A DNA stretch of 64,000 bases from Eledone cirrhosa (Eukaryota), in the NCBI GenBank assembly GCA_964016885.1, contig OZ024740.1, forward strand, positions 431,644,001 through 431,708,000, given 5' to 3'. The position numbers and the translations under genes were made by a program. Within the stretch, counting starts at the first letter, position 1, and the number at the start of each line of letters is the position of its first letter. Shown here one piece after another: positions 13,492 through 27,895 of the stretch. The notes beneath the pieces are model-generated. The model did no database searches. It had not been told where the DNA came from and worked only from the letters and a program-made list of their open reading frames with translations.

Positions 13492-16400
13492 AATATTATA
13501 CATACATAGGAGAGGGCTTATCTTACAATTAGTTAGTATTATATATAGGAGAGGATTTACCGTACCATTGGTTAGTATTATATATAGGAGAGGACTTATT
13601 TTACATTGGTTAGTATTATATATAGGCTAGGACTTATCTTACCAGTTGTTCGTATTATAGATAGGAGAGGATTTAACGTACCATTGGTTAGTATTATATA
13701 TAGGAGAGGACTTATCTTACCATTGGTTAGTATTATATATAGGAGGGGACTTATGTTACCAGTTGTTATATTATATATAGGAGAGGACTTATCTTACCAT
13801 TTGTTAGTATTATATATAGGAGAGGACTTATCTTACCATTGGTTAGTATTATATATAGGAGAGGACTTATCTTACCATTGGTGAGTATTATATATAGGAG
13901 GGGATATCTTACAAGTTGTTAGTATTATATATAGGAGAGAACTATCTTACCGGTTGTTAGTATTATATATAGGAGAGGATTTACCGTACCATTGCTTAGT
14001 ATTATATATAGGAGGGGACTTATCTTACCAGTTGTTAGTATTATATATAGGACAGGACTTATCTTACCATTCGTTATATTATATATAGGAGAGTTTTAAC
14101 CGTACCATTGGTTAGTATTGTATATAGGAGAGGTCTTATCTTACCAGTTGTTAGTAATATATATAGGAGAGGACTTATTTTACATTGGTTAGTATTATAT
14201 ATAGGAGTGGACTTATCTTACCAGTTGTTAGTATTATATATAGTAGAGGACTTATCTTACCATTGTTTAGTATTATATATAGTAGGGGACTTATGTTACC
14301 AGTTGTTATATTATATATAGGAGAGGACTTATCTTACCATTTGTTAGTATTATATATAGGAGAGGACTTATCTTACCATTGGTTAGTATTATATCTAGGA
14401 GGGACATATCTTACTAGTTGTTAGTATTATATATAGGAGAGGACTATCTTACCAGTTGTTAGTATTATATACAGGAGAGGATTTACCGTACCATTGGTTA
14501 GTATTATATATAGGAGAGGAGTTATCCTACCAGTTGTTAGTATTATATGTAGGAGAGGACTTATTTTACATTGGTTAGTATTATATATAGGAGAGAAGTA
14601 TCTTACCAGTTGTTAGTATTATATATAGGAGAGGACTTATCTTACCAGTGGTTACTATTATATATAGGAGAGGACTATCTTACCAGTTGTTAGTATTATA
14701 GATAGATGATTTACCGTACCATTGGTTAGTATTATATATAAGAGAGGACTTATCGTACCATTGGTTAGTATTATATATAGGAGGGGACTTATCTTACCAG
14801 TTGTTATATTATATATAGGAGAGGACTTATCTTAACATTTGTTAGTATTATATATAGGAGAGGATTTATCCTACCATTGGTTAGTATTATATATAGGAGG
14901 GGACTTATCTTACCAGTTGTTAGTATTATATATAGGACAGGACTTATCTTACCATTCGTTAGTATTATATATAGGAGAGGACTTATCTTACCATTGGTTA
15001 GTATTATATATATGATGGGACTTATCTTACCAGTTGTTAGTATTATATATAGGAGAGGGCTTATCTTACCAGTTGTTAGTATTATAAATAGGAGAGGATT
15101 TACCGTACCATTCGTTAGTATTACATATAGGAGAGGACTTATCTTACCATTGGATAGTATTATATATAGGAGAGGACTTATCTTACCATTGGTTAGTATT
15201 ATATATAGAAGGGGACTTATCTTACCAGTTGTTAGTATGTTATATAGGAGAGGACTTATCTTAATATTGGTTAGTATTATATATAGGAGAGGATTTATCG
15301 TACCATTGATTAGTATTATATATTGGAGAGGAGTTACCTTACCAGTTGTTAGTATAATATATAGGACAGGACTTATCTTACCATTCGTTAGTATTATATA
15401 TAGGAGAGGACATATTTTACATTGGTTAGTATTATATATAGGCGAGGACGTATCTTACCAGTTGTTAGTATTATATATAGGAGAGGACTTATCTTACCAG
15501 TTGTTAGTATAATATATAGGAGAGGACTTATCTTACCATTGGTTAGTATTATATATAGGAGAGGAGTTATCCTACCAGTTGTTAGTATTATATATAGGAG
15601 AGGACTTATCTTACCAGTTGTTAGTATATATATAGGAGAGGACTTATCTTAAAAGTGGTTAGTATTATATATAGGAGTGGACTTATCTTACCAGTTGTTA
15701 GTATAATATATAGGACAGGACTTATCTTACCATTCGTCAGTATTATATATAGGAGAGGACTTATCTTACCCTTGGTTAGTATTATATGTAGGAGGGGACT
15801 TATCTTACCAGTTGTTAGTATTATATATAGGAGAGGACTTATCTTACCATTGGTTAGTATTATATATAGGAGAGGAGTTATCCTACCAGTTGTTAGTGTT
15901 ATATATAGGGGACGTCTTATCTTACCAGTTGTTAGTAATATATATAGGAGAGGACTTATTTTACATTGGTTAGTATTATATATAGGCGAGGACTTATCTT
16001 ACCAGTTGTTAGTATTATATATAGGAGAGGACGTATCCTATCAGTTGTTAGTATTATATATAGGAGAGGACTTATATTACCATTTGTTAGTATTATATAT
16101 AGGAGAGGACTATCTTACCAGTTGTTAGTATTATATATATAGGAGAGGATTTACCGTACCATTGCTTAGTATTATATATAGGAGGGGACTTATCTTACCA
16201 GTTGTTATATTATATATAGGAGAGGACTTATCTTACCATTTGTTAGTATTATATATAGGAGAGGACTTATCTTACCATTGGATAGTATTATATATAGGAG
16301 AGGACTTATCTTACCATTGGTTAGTATTATATATAGAAGGGGACTTATCTTACCAGTTGTTAGTATGTTATATAGGAGAGGATTTACCGTACCATTGATT

Positions 16401-17307
16401 AGTATTATATATTGGAGAAGAGTTACCTTACCATTGGTTAGTATTATATAGAGGAGAGGACTTATCCTACCATTGGTTAGTATTATATATAAGAGGGGAC
16501 TTATCTTACCAGTTATTAGTATAATATATAGGAGAGGACTTATCTTACCATTGGTTAGTATTATATATAAGAGAGGACTTATCTTACCATTGGTTAGTAT
16601 TATATATAGGACGGGACTTATCTTACCAGTTGTTAGTATTATATATAGGAGAAAACGTATCTTACCATTAGTTAGTATTATATATGAGAGGATTTACCGT
16701 ACCATTGGTTAGTATTATATATAGGAGAGGTCTTATCTTACCAGTTGTTAGTAATATATATAGGAGAGGACTTATTTTACATTGGTTAGTATTATATATA
16801 GGAGAGGTCTTATCTTACCAGTTGTTAGTATTATATATAGGAGAGGACGTATCTTACCAGTTGTTAGTATTATATATAGGAGAGGATTTACCGTACCATT
16901 GATTAGTATTATATATAGGAGGGGACTTATGTTACCAGTTGTTATATTATATATAGGAGAGGACTTATCTTACCATTGGTTAGTATTATATATATGATGG
17001 GACTTATCTTTCCAGTTGTTAGTATTATATATAGGAGAGGGCTTATCTTACCAGTTGTTAGTATTATAAATAGGAGAGGATTTACCGTACCATTGGTTAG
17101 TATTACATATAGGAGAGGACTTATCTTACCATTGGATAGTATTATATATAGGAGAGGACTTATCTTACCATTGGTTAGTATTATATATAGAAGGGGACTT
17201 ATCTTACCAGTTGTTAGTATGTTATATAGGAGAGGACTTATCTTAATATTGGTTAGTATTATATATAGGAGAGGATTTATCGTACCATTGATTAGTATTA
17301 TATATTG

Positions 17308-17883
17308 ATTTCTTTATTAGCCACAAGGGCGCAACAAGAAAGGGGACAATACAAAGACATGCCTGGGATTTTACATACAGTCGTGTAAAAAATATAAAAA
17401 CAAACAATTTCAACAATCGAAATCCCCAATAGGGGGGAGGCGCCACAAATGGGTTGTTTAATACCCCGTCGATAGAACAACCCTCAACTCAAGGAGCGTG
17501 TTGTGCAAGTGCTCCTTTCTTCCTTTTGCTCTCTTCCTCAACCTACAGGCTTATAAACAGAGAAGGCCCAATCACTCGGGCCATTTTCGCTTCATTCACC
17601 CACCTTTCAGTAAATTTACTGGGGTGCAGTGCCTCTCTCTCCACCCTGATTCTCCTTCTAAAGTGATACTTAAAGAATGGAATCAATTGTTGTCCGGAGA
17701 GAAAGGCATCTGTCCTCAGTCCTCTCAACCTCGTCCACCATATAACTTCTTTCACCATAGCCACCGTACAGAGGAAAACCGCCTCTCTTTCGTTTTTGAA
17801 AGAGTCTGGCGGTTTGATCCTTACTATAGATTCGGCAGTCAACTGTATTTGTCCCATACGCGACAGCAGTTGTTCTGTATAGT
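17308..17883 (-). mobile_element. 5'-truncated L1/Tx1-like LINE (ORF2 C-terminus plus 3' UTR)
   Basis: Minus frame YTEQLLSRMGQ...VAMVKEVIWWTRLRG...RRIRVER...FTERW resembles the K-x-x-IW-x-x-R region at the end of L1/Tx1 ORF2. AATAAA at the 3' end. TSD TTATATATTG (17298-17307, 17884-17893). The empty site is present in the HOR copies (~8150, 11730, 15310). Confidence 0.8.
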
Positions 17884-20800
17884 TTATATATTGGAGAGGA
17901 GTTACCTTACCAGTTGTTAGTATAATATATAGGACAGGACTTATCTTACCATTCGTTAGTATTATATATAGGAGAGGACATATTTTACATTGGTTAGTAT
18001 TATATATAGGCGAGGACGTATCTTACCAGTTGTTAGTATTATATATAGGAGAGGACTTATTTACCAGTGGTTAGTATTATATATAGGTGAGGACTATCTT
18101 ACCATTGGTTAGTATTATATATAGGAGAGGAGTTATCCTACCAGTTGTTAGTATTATATATAGGAGAGGACTTATCTTACCAGTTGTTAGTATATATATA
18201 GGAGAGGACTTATCTTAAAAGTGGTTAGTATTATATATAGGAGTGGACTTATCTTACCAGTTGTTAGTATAATATATAGGACAGGACTTATCTTACCATT
18301 CGTTAGTATTATATATAGGAAAGGACTTATCTTACCATTGGTTAGTATTATATGTAGGAGGGGACTTATCTTACCAGTTGTTAGTATTATATATAGGAGA
18401 GGACTTATCTTACCATTGGTTAGTATTATATATAGGAGAGGAGTTATCCTACCAGTTGTTAGTGTTATATATAGGGGACGGCTTATCTTACCAGTTGTTA
18501 GTAATATATATAGGAGAGGACTTATTTTACATTGGTTAGTATTATATATAGGCGAGGACTTATCTTACCAGTTGTTAGTATTATATATAGGAGAGGACGT
18601 ATCCTATCAGTTGTTAGTATTATATATAGGAGAGGACTTATATTACCATTTGTTAGTATTATATATAGGAGAGGACTATCTTACCAGTTGTTAGTATTAT
18701 ATATATAGGAGAGGATTTACCGTACCATTGCTTAGTATTATATATAGGAGGGGACTTATCTTACCAGTTGTTATATTATATATAGGAGAGGACTTATCTT
18801 ACCATTTGTTAGTATTATATATAGGAGAGGACTTATCTTACCATTGGATAGTATTATATATAGGAGAGGACTTATCTTACCATTGGTTAGTATTATATAT
18901 AGGAGAGGACTTATCTTACCATTTGTTAGTATGTTATATAGGAGAGGACTTATCTTAATATTGGTTAGTATTATATATAGGAGAGGATTTACCGTACCAT
19001 TGATTAGTATTATATATTGGAGAAGAGTTACCTTACCATTGGTTAGTATTATATAGAGGAGAGGACTTATCCTACCATTGGTTAGTATTATATATAAGAG
19101 GGGACTTATCTTACCAGTTATTAGTATAATATATAGGAGAGGACTTATCTTACCATTGGTTAGTATTATATATAAGAGAGGACTTATCTTACCATTGGTT
19201 AGTATTATATATAGGACGGGACTTATCTTACCAGTTGTTAGTATTATATATAGGAGAAAACGTATCTTACCATTAGTTAGTATTATATATGAGAGGATTT
19301 ACCGTACCATTGGTTAGTATTATATATAGGAGAGGTCTTATCTTACCAGTTGTTAGTAATATATATAGGAGAGGACTTATTTTACATTGGTTAGTATTAT
19401 ATATAGGAGAGGTCTTATCTTACCAGTTGTTAGTATTATATATAGGAGAGGACGTATCTTACCAGTTGTTAGTATTATATATAGGAGAGGATTTACCGTA
19501 CCATTGATTAGTATTATATATAGGAGGGGACTTATGTTACCAGTTGTTATATTATATATAGGAGAGGACTTATCTTACCAATTGCTAGTATTATATATAG
19601 GAGAGGACTTATCTTACCATTGGTTAGTATTATATATAGGAGATGAGTTATCCTACCAGTTGTTAGTATTATATATAGGAGAGGACTTATCTTACCATTG
19701 GTTAGTATTATATATAGGAGGGGACTTATCTTACCAGTTGTTAGTATAATATATAGGAGAGGACTTAACTTACCAGTGGTTACTATTATATATAGGAGAG
19801 GACTATCTTACCAGTTGTTAGTATTATATATAGGAGAGGATTTTCCGTACCATTGGTTAGTATTTTATATAGGAGAGGTCTTATCTTACCAGTTGTTAGT
19901 AATATATATAGGAGAGGACTTATTTTACATTGGTTAGTATTATATATATGCGAGGACGTATCTTACCAGTTGTTTGTATTATATATAGGAGAGGACTTAT
20001 CTTACCAGTGGTTAGTATTATATATAGGAGAGGACTTATCTTACCAGTTGTTAGTATTATATATAGGAGGGGACTTATCTTACCATTGGTTAGTATTATA
20101 TATAGGAGAGGACTTACTTACCAGTGGTTAGTATTATATATAGGAGAGGACTATCTTACCAGTTGTTAGTATTATATATAGAGGATTTACCGTACCATTG
20201 CTTAGTATTATATATAGGAGGGGAATTATCTTACCATTTGTTAGTATTATATATAGGAGAGGACTTATCTTACCATTGGTTAGTATTATATATAGGAGAG
20301 GACTTATCTTACCATTGGATAGTATTATATATAGGAGAGGACTTATCTTACCATTGGTTAGTATTAGATATAAGAGAGGACTTATCTTACCATTGGTTAG
20401 TATTATATATAGGACGGGACTTATCTTACCAGTTGTTAGTATTATATATAGGAGAAAACGTATCTTACCATTAGTTAGTATTATATATGAGAGGATTTAC
20501 CGTACCATTGGTTAGTATTATATATAGGAGAGGTCTTATCTTACCAGTTGTTAGTAATATATATAGGAGAGGACTTATTTTACATTGGTTAGTATTATAT
20601 ATAGGAGGTCTTATCTTACCAGTTGTTAGTATTATATATAGGAGAGGACGTATCTTACCAGTTGTTAGTATTATATATGGGAGAGGATTTACCGTACCAT
20701 TGATTAGTATTATATATAGGAGGGGACTTATGTTACCAGTTGTTATATTATATATAGGAGAGGACTTATCTTACCATTGGTTAGTATTATATATATGATG

Positions 20801-23800
20801 GGACTTATCTTACCAGTTGTTAGTATTATATATAGGAGAGGGCTTATCTTACCAGTTGTTAGTATTATAAATAGGAGAGGATTTACCGTACCATTGGTTA
20901 GTATTACATATAGGAGAGGACTTATCTTACCATTGGATAGTATTATATATAGGAGAGGACTTATCTTACCATTGGTTAGTATTATATATAGGAGAGGAGT
21001 TATCCTACCAGTTGTTAGTGTTATATATAGGGGACGTCTTATCTTACCAGTTGTTAGTAATATATATAGGAGAGGACTTATTTTACATTGGTTAGTAATA
21101 TATATAGGAGAGGACTTATTTTACATTGGTTAGTATTATATATAGGCGAGGACTTATCTTACCAGTTGTTAGTATTATATATAGGAGAGGACGTATCCTA
21201 TCAGTTGTTAGTATTATATATAGGAGAGGACTTATATTACCATTTGTTAGTATTATATATAGGAGAGGACTATCTTACCAGTTGTTAGTATTATATATAT
21301 AGGAGAGGATTTACCGTACCATTGCTTAGTATTATATATAGGAGGGGACTTATCTTACCAGTTGTTATATTATATATAGGAGAGGACTTATCTTACCATT
21401 TGTTAGTATTATATATAGGAGAGGACTTATCTTACCATTGGATAGTATTATATATAGGAGAGGACTTATCTTACCATTGGTTAGTATTATATATAGAAGG
21501 GGACTTATCTTACCAGTTGTTAGTATGTTATATAGGAGAGGACTTATCTTAATATTGGTTAGTATTATATATAGGAGAGGATTTACCGTACCATTGATTA
21601 GTATTATATATTGGAGAAGAGTTACCTTACCATTGGTTAGTATTATATAGAGGAGAGGACTTATCCTACCATTGGTTAGTATTATATATAAGAGGGGACT
21701 TATCTTACCAGTTATTAGTATAATATATAGGAGAGGACTTATCTTACCATTGGTTAGTATTATATATAAGAGAGGACTTATCTTACCATTGGTTAGTATT
21801 ATATATAGGACGGGACTTATCTTACCAGTTGTTAGTATTATATATAGGAGAAAACGTATCTTACCATTAGTTAGTATTATATATGAGAGGATTTACCGTA
21901 CCATTGGTTAGTATTATATATAGGAGAGGTCTTATCTTACCAGTTGTTAGTAATATATATAGGAGAGGACTTATTTTACATTGGTTAGTATTATATATAG
22001 GAGAGGTCTTATCTTACCAGTTGTTAGTATTATATATAGGAGAGGACGTATCTTACCAGTTGTTAGTATTATATATAGGAGAGGATTTACCGTACCATTG
22101 ATTAGTATTATATATAGGAGGGGACTTATGTTACCAGTTGTTATATTATATATAGGAGAGGACTTATCTTACCAATTGCTAGTATTATATATAGGAGAGG
22201 ACTTATCTTACCATTGGTTAGTATTATATATAGGAGATGAGTTATCCTACCAGTTGTTAGTATTATATATAGGAGAGGACTTATCTTACCATTGGTTAGT
22301 ATTATATATAGGAGGGGACTTATCTTACCAGTTGTTAGTATACTATATAGGAGAGGACTTAACTTACCAGTGGTTACTATTATATATAGGAGAGGACTAT
22401 CTTACCAGTTGTTAGTATTATATATAGGAGAGGATTTTCCGTACCATTGGTTAGTATTTTATATAGGAGAGGTCTTATCTTACCAGTTGTTAGTAATATA
22501 TATAGGAGAGGACTTATTTTACATTGGTTAGTATTATATATATGCGAGGACGTATCTTACCAGTTGTTTGTATTATATATAGGAGAGGACTTATCTTACC
22601 AGTGGTTAGTATTATATATAGGAGAGGACTTATCTTACCAGTTGTTAGTATTATATATAGGAGGGGACTTATCTTACCATTGGTTAGTATTATATATAGG
22701 AGAGGATTTACCGTACCATTGATTAGTATTATATATTGGAGAAGAGTTACCTGACCATTGGTTAGTATTATATAGAGGAGAGGACTTATGCTACCATTGG
22801 TTAGTATTATATATAAGAGGGGACTTATCTTACCAGTTATTAGTATAATATATAGGAGAGGACTTATCTTACCATTGGTTAGTATTATATGTAAGAGAGG
22901 ACTTATCTTACCATTGGTTAGTATTATATATAGGACGGGACTTATCTTACCAGTTGTTAGTATTATATATAGGAGAAAACGTATCTTACCATTAGTTAGT
23001 ATTATATATGAGAGGATTTACCGTACCATTGGTTAGTATTATATATAGGAGAGGTCTTATCTTACCAGTTGTTAGTAATATATATAGGAGAGGACTTATT
23101 TTACATTGGTTAGTATTATATATAGGAGAGGTCTTATCTTACCAGTTGTTAGTATTATATATAGGAGAGGACGTATCTTAACAGTTGTTAGTATTATATA
23201 TAGGAGAGGATCTACCGTACCATTGATTAGTATTATATATAGGAGGGGACTTATGTTACCAGTTGTTATATTATATATAGGAGAGGACTTATCTTACCAG
23301 TTGCTAGTATTATATATAGGAGAGGACTTATCTTACCATTGGTTAGTATTATATATATGAGATGAGTTATCCTACCAGTTGTTAGTATTATATATAGGAG
23401 AGGACTTATCTTACCATTGGTTAGTATTATATATAGGAGGGGACTTATCTTACCAGTTGTTAGTATAATATATAGGAGAGGACTTAACTTACCAGTGGTT
23501 ACTATTATATATAGGAGAGGACTATCTTACCAGTTGTTAGTATTATATATAGGAGAGGATTTACCGTACCATTGGTTAGTATTTTATATAGGAGAGGTCT
23601 TATCTTACCAGTTGTTAGTAATATATATAGGAGAGGACTTATTTTACATTGGTTAGTATTATATATATGCGAGGACGTATCTTACCAGTTGTTTGTATTA
23701 TATATAGGAGAGGACTTATCTTACCAGTGGTTAGTATTATATATAGGAGAGGACTTATCTTACCAGTTGTTAGTATTATATATAGGAGGGGACTTATCTT

Positions 23801-26800
23801 ACCATTGGTTAGTATTATATATAGGAGAGGACTTACTTACCAGTGGTTAGTATTATATATAGGAGAGGACTATCTTACCAGTTGTTAGTATTATATATAG
23901 AGAATTTACCGTACCATTGCTTAGTATTATATATAGGAGGGGAATTATCTTACCATTTGTTAGTATTATATATAGGAGAGGACTTATCTTACCATTGGTT
24001 AGTATTATATATAGGAGAGGACTTATCTTACCATTGGATAGTATTATATATAGGAGAGGATTTACCGTACCATTGGTTAGTATTATATATAGGAGTGGAC
24101 TTATCTTACCATTGGTTAGTATTATATATAAGAGGGGACTTATCTTACCATTTGTTAGTATTATATACAGGAGAGGATTTACGGTAACATTGGTTAGTAT
24201 TATATATAGAAGGGGACTTATCTTACCAGTTGTTAGTATTATATATACGAGAGGACTTATCTTACCAGTTGTTAGTATTATATATAGGAGAGGACTTATC
24301 TTACCAGTTGTTAGTATAATATATAGGAGAGGACTTATCTTACCATTGGTAAGTATAATATATAGGAGAGGAGTTATCCTACCAGTTGTTAGTATTATAT
24401 ATAGGAGAGAACCTAACTTACCATTAGTTAGTATTATATATAGGAGAGGACTTATCTTATTATTGGTTAGTATTATATATAGGAGAGGACTTATCTTACA
24501 TTGGTTAGTATAATATATAGGCAAGGACTTAACTTACCAGTTGTTTGTATTTTATATAGGAGAGTACTTATCTTACCAGTGGTTAGTATTATATATAGGA
24601 GAGGACTTATCTTACCATTGGTTAGTATTATATGTAGGAGAGGATTTACCGTATCATTGATTAGTATTATATATTGGAGAGCACTTATCTTACATTGGTT
24701 AGTATTATATATAGGAATGGACTTATCCTACCAGTTGTTAGTATTATATATAGGAGAGGACTTATCTTACCATTGGTTAGTATTATATATAGGAGGACTT
24801 ATCTTACCAGTTGTTAGTATTATATATAGCAGAGGACTTATCTTACCAGTGGTTAGTATTATATATAGGAGAGGACTTATCTTACCAGTTGTTAGTATTA
24901 TATATAGGAGATGACTTATCTTACCAGTTGTTAGTATTATATATAGGAGAGGACTTATCTTACCATTGGTTAGTATTATATATAGGACAGGATTTACCGT
25001 ATCATTGGTTAGTATTATATATATGAGAGGACTTATCTTACCATTGGTTAGTATTATATATAGGAGAGGACTTATCTTACCATTGGTTAGTATTATATAT
25101 AGAAGAGGACTTATCTTACCAGTTGTTAGTATTATATATAGGAGAGGACTTATCTTACCATTGGTTAGTATTATATATAGATGAGTTATCCTACCAGTTG
25201 TTAGTATTATATATAGGAGAGGACTTATCTTACCATTGGTTAGTATTATATATAGGAGAGGACTTATCTTACCATTGGTTAGTATTATATATAGAAGAGG
25301 ACTTATCTTACCAGTTGTTAGTATTATATATAGGAGAGGACTTATCTTACCATTGGTTAGTATTATATATAGATGAGTTATCCTACCAGTTGTTAGTATT
25401 ATATATAGGAGAGGACTTATCTTACCATTGGTTAGTATTATATATAGGAGAGGACTTATCTTACCATTGGTTAGTATTATATATAGAAGAGGACTTATCT
25501 TACCAATTGCTAGTATTATATATAGGAGAGGACTTATCTTACCATTGGTTAGTATTATATATAGGAGGGGACTTATCTTACCATTTGTTAGTATTATATA
25601 CAGGAGAGGATTTACCATACCATTGCTTAGTATTATATATAGGAGAGGATTTACGGTAACATTGGTTAGTATTATATATAGATGAGTTATCCTACCAGTT
25701 GTTAGTATAATATATAGGAGAGGACTTAACTTACCAGTGGTTACTATTATATTTAGGAGAGGACTATCTTACCATTGGTTAGTATTATATATAGATGAGT
25801 TCTCCTACCAGTTGTTAGTATTATATATAGGAGAGGATTTACCGTACCATTGGTTAGTATTTTATATAGGAGAGGTCTTATCTTACCAGCTGTTAGTAAT
25901 ATATATAGGAGAGGACTTATTTTACATTGGTTAGTATTATATATATGCGAGGACTTACTGACCAGTGGTTAGTATTATATGTAGGAGAGGATTTACCGTA
26001 CCATTGCTTAGTATTATATATAGGAGGGGAATTATCTTACCATTTGTTAGTATTATATATAGGAGAGGACTTATCTTACCATTGGTTAGTATTATATATA
26101 GGAGAGGACTTATCTTACCATTGGATAGTATTATATATAGGAGAGGACTTATCTTACCATTTGTTAGTATTATATATAGGAGAAGACTTATCTTACCATT
26201 AGTTAGTATTATATATAGGAGAGGATTTACCGTACCATTGGTTAGTATTATATCTAGGAGGGGACTATCTTTGCAGTTGTTAGTATTATATACAGGAGAG
26301 GATTTACCATACCATTGCTTAGTATTATATATAGGAGAGGATTTACGGTAACATTGGTTAGTATTATATATAGAAGGGGACTTATCTTACCAGTTGTTAG
26401 TAATATATATAGGAGAGGACTTATCTTACCAGTTGTTAGTAATATATATAGGAGAGGACTTATCTTACCAGTTGTTAGTATTATATATAGGAGAGGACTT
26501 ATCTTACCAGTTGTTAGTATTATATATAGGAGAGGATTTACCGTACCATTGGTTAGTATTATATATAGGAGTGGACTTATCTTACCATTGGTTAGTATTA
26601 TATATAGGAGGGGACTTATCTTACCATTTGTTAGTATTATATACAGGAGAGGATTTACCATACCATTGCTTAGTATTATATATAGGAGAGGATTTACGGT
26701 AACATTGGTTAGTATTATATATAGAAGGGGACTTATCTTACCAGTTGTTAGTATTATATATAGGAGAGGACTTATCTTACCAGTTGTTAGTATTATATAT

Positions 26801-27111
26801 AGGAGAGGACTTATCTTACCAGTTGTTAGTATAATATATAGGAGAGGACTTATCTTACCATTGGTTAGTATAATATATAGGAGAGGAGTTATCCTACCAG
26901 TCGTTAGCATTATATATAGGAGAGAACCTAACTTACCATTAGTTAGTATTATATATAGGAGAGGACTTATCTTACCAGTTGTTAGCATTATATATAGGAG
27001 AGAACCTAACTTACCATTAGTTAGTATTATATATAGGAGAGAACCTAACTTACCATTAGTTAGTATTATATATAGGAGAGGACTTATCTTATTATTGGTT
27101 AGTATTATATA

Positions 27112-27293
27112 ACGGTGGATTGGCAGTATCGGTAGAGAGTCGGACGCCATGCTTTCCAGCATAGTTACGTCCCTTTACGATCAGAGTTCAAATCCCGCCG
27201 AGGTTGACTTTGCCTTTCATCCTTACGGGGTCGATAAAATAAAGTACCAGTAATGCACTGGTAATTGCTGGCCTTGTGCCTAAAGTAGAAACA
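27112..27293 (+). mobile_element. tRNA-derived SINE (family A), independent insertion
   Basis: A/B boxes and core as above with diagnostic differences; ~8-bp TSD ATTATATA. Confidence 0.9.
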
Positions 27294-27719
27294 ATTATAT
27301 ATAGGAGAGGACTTATCTTACATTGGTTAGTATAATATATAGGCAAGGACTTAACTTACCAGTTGTTAGTATTTTATATAGGAGAGTACTTATCTTACCA
27401 GTGGTTAGTATTATATATAGGAGAGGACTTATCTTACCATTGGTTAGTATTATATGTAGGAGAGGATTTACCGTACCATTGATTAGTATTATATATTGGA
27501 GAGGACTTATCTTACATTGGTTAGTATTATATATAGGAATGGACTTATCCTACCAGTTGTTAGTATTATATATAAGAGAGGACTTATCCTACCTGTGGTT
27601 AGTATTATATATAGGAGAGGACTTATCTTACCAGTTCTTAGTATTATATATAGGAGAGGACTTATCTTACCAGTGGTTAGTATTATATATAGGAGAGGAC
27701 TTATCTTACCATTGGTTAG

Positions 27720-27895
27720 TTGGCAGTATCGGTAGAGGGTCGAACGCCATGCTTTCCAGCATAGTTACGTCCCTTTACGATCTGAGTTCAAATCCCGCCG
27801 AGGTCAACTTTGCCTTTCATCCTTACGGGGTCGATAAAATAAAGTACCAGTAATGCACTGGGATAATTGCTGGTCTTGTGCCAAAAGTAGAAACA
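27720..27895 (+). mobile_element. tRNA-derived SINE (family A), slightly 5'-truncated
   Basis: Starts at TGGCAGTATCGG, ends GTAGAAACA; sits at GGTTAGT^ATTATATA with no visible TSD. Confidence 0.88.

Larger units (their letters stand above)
5967..16730. repeat. Higher-order repeat, 3,578-bp unit x3 (satellite plus SINE)
   Basis: Identical variant patterns recur at +3578 (ORF starts 6450/10028/13606; SINEs 6148/9726/13304) with only a few SNPs between units. Confidence 0.95.
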
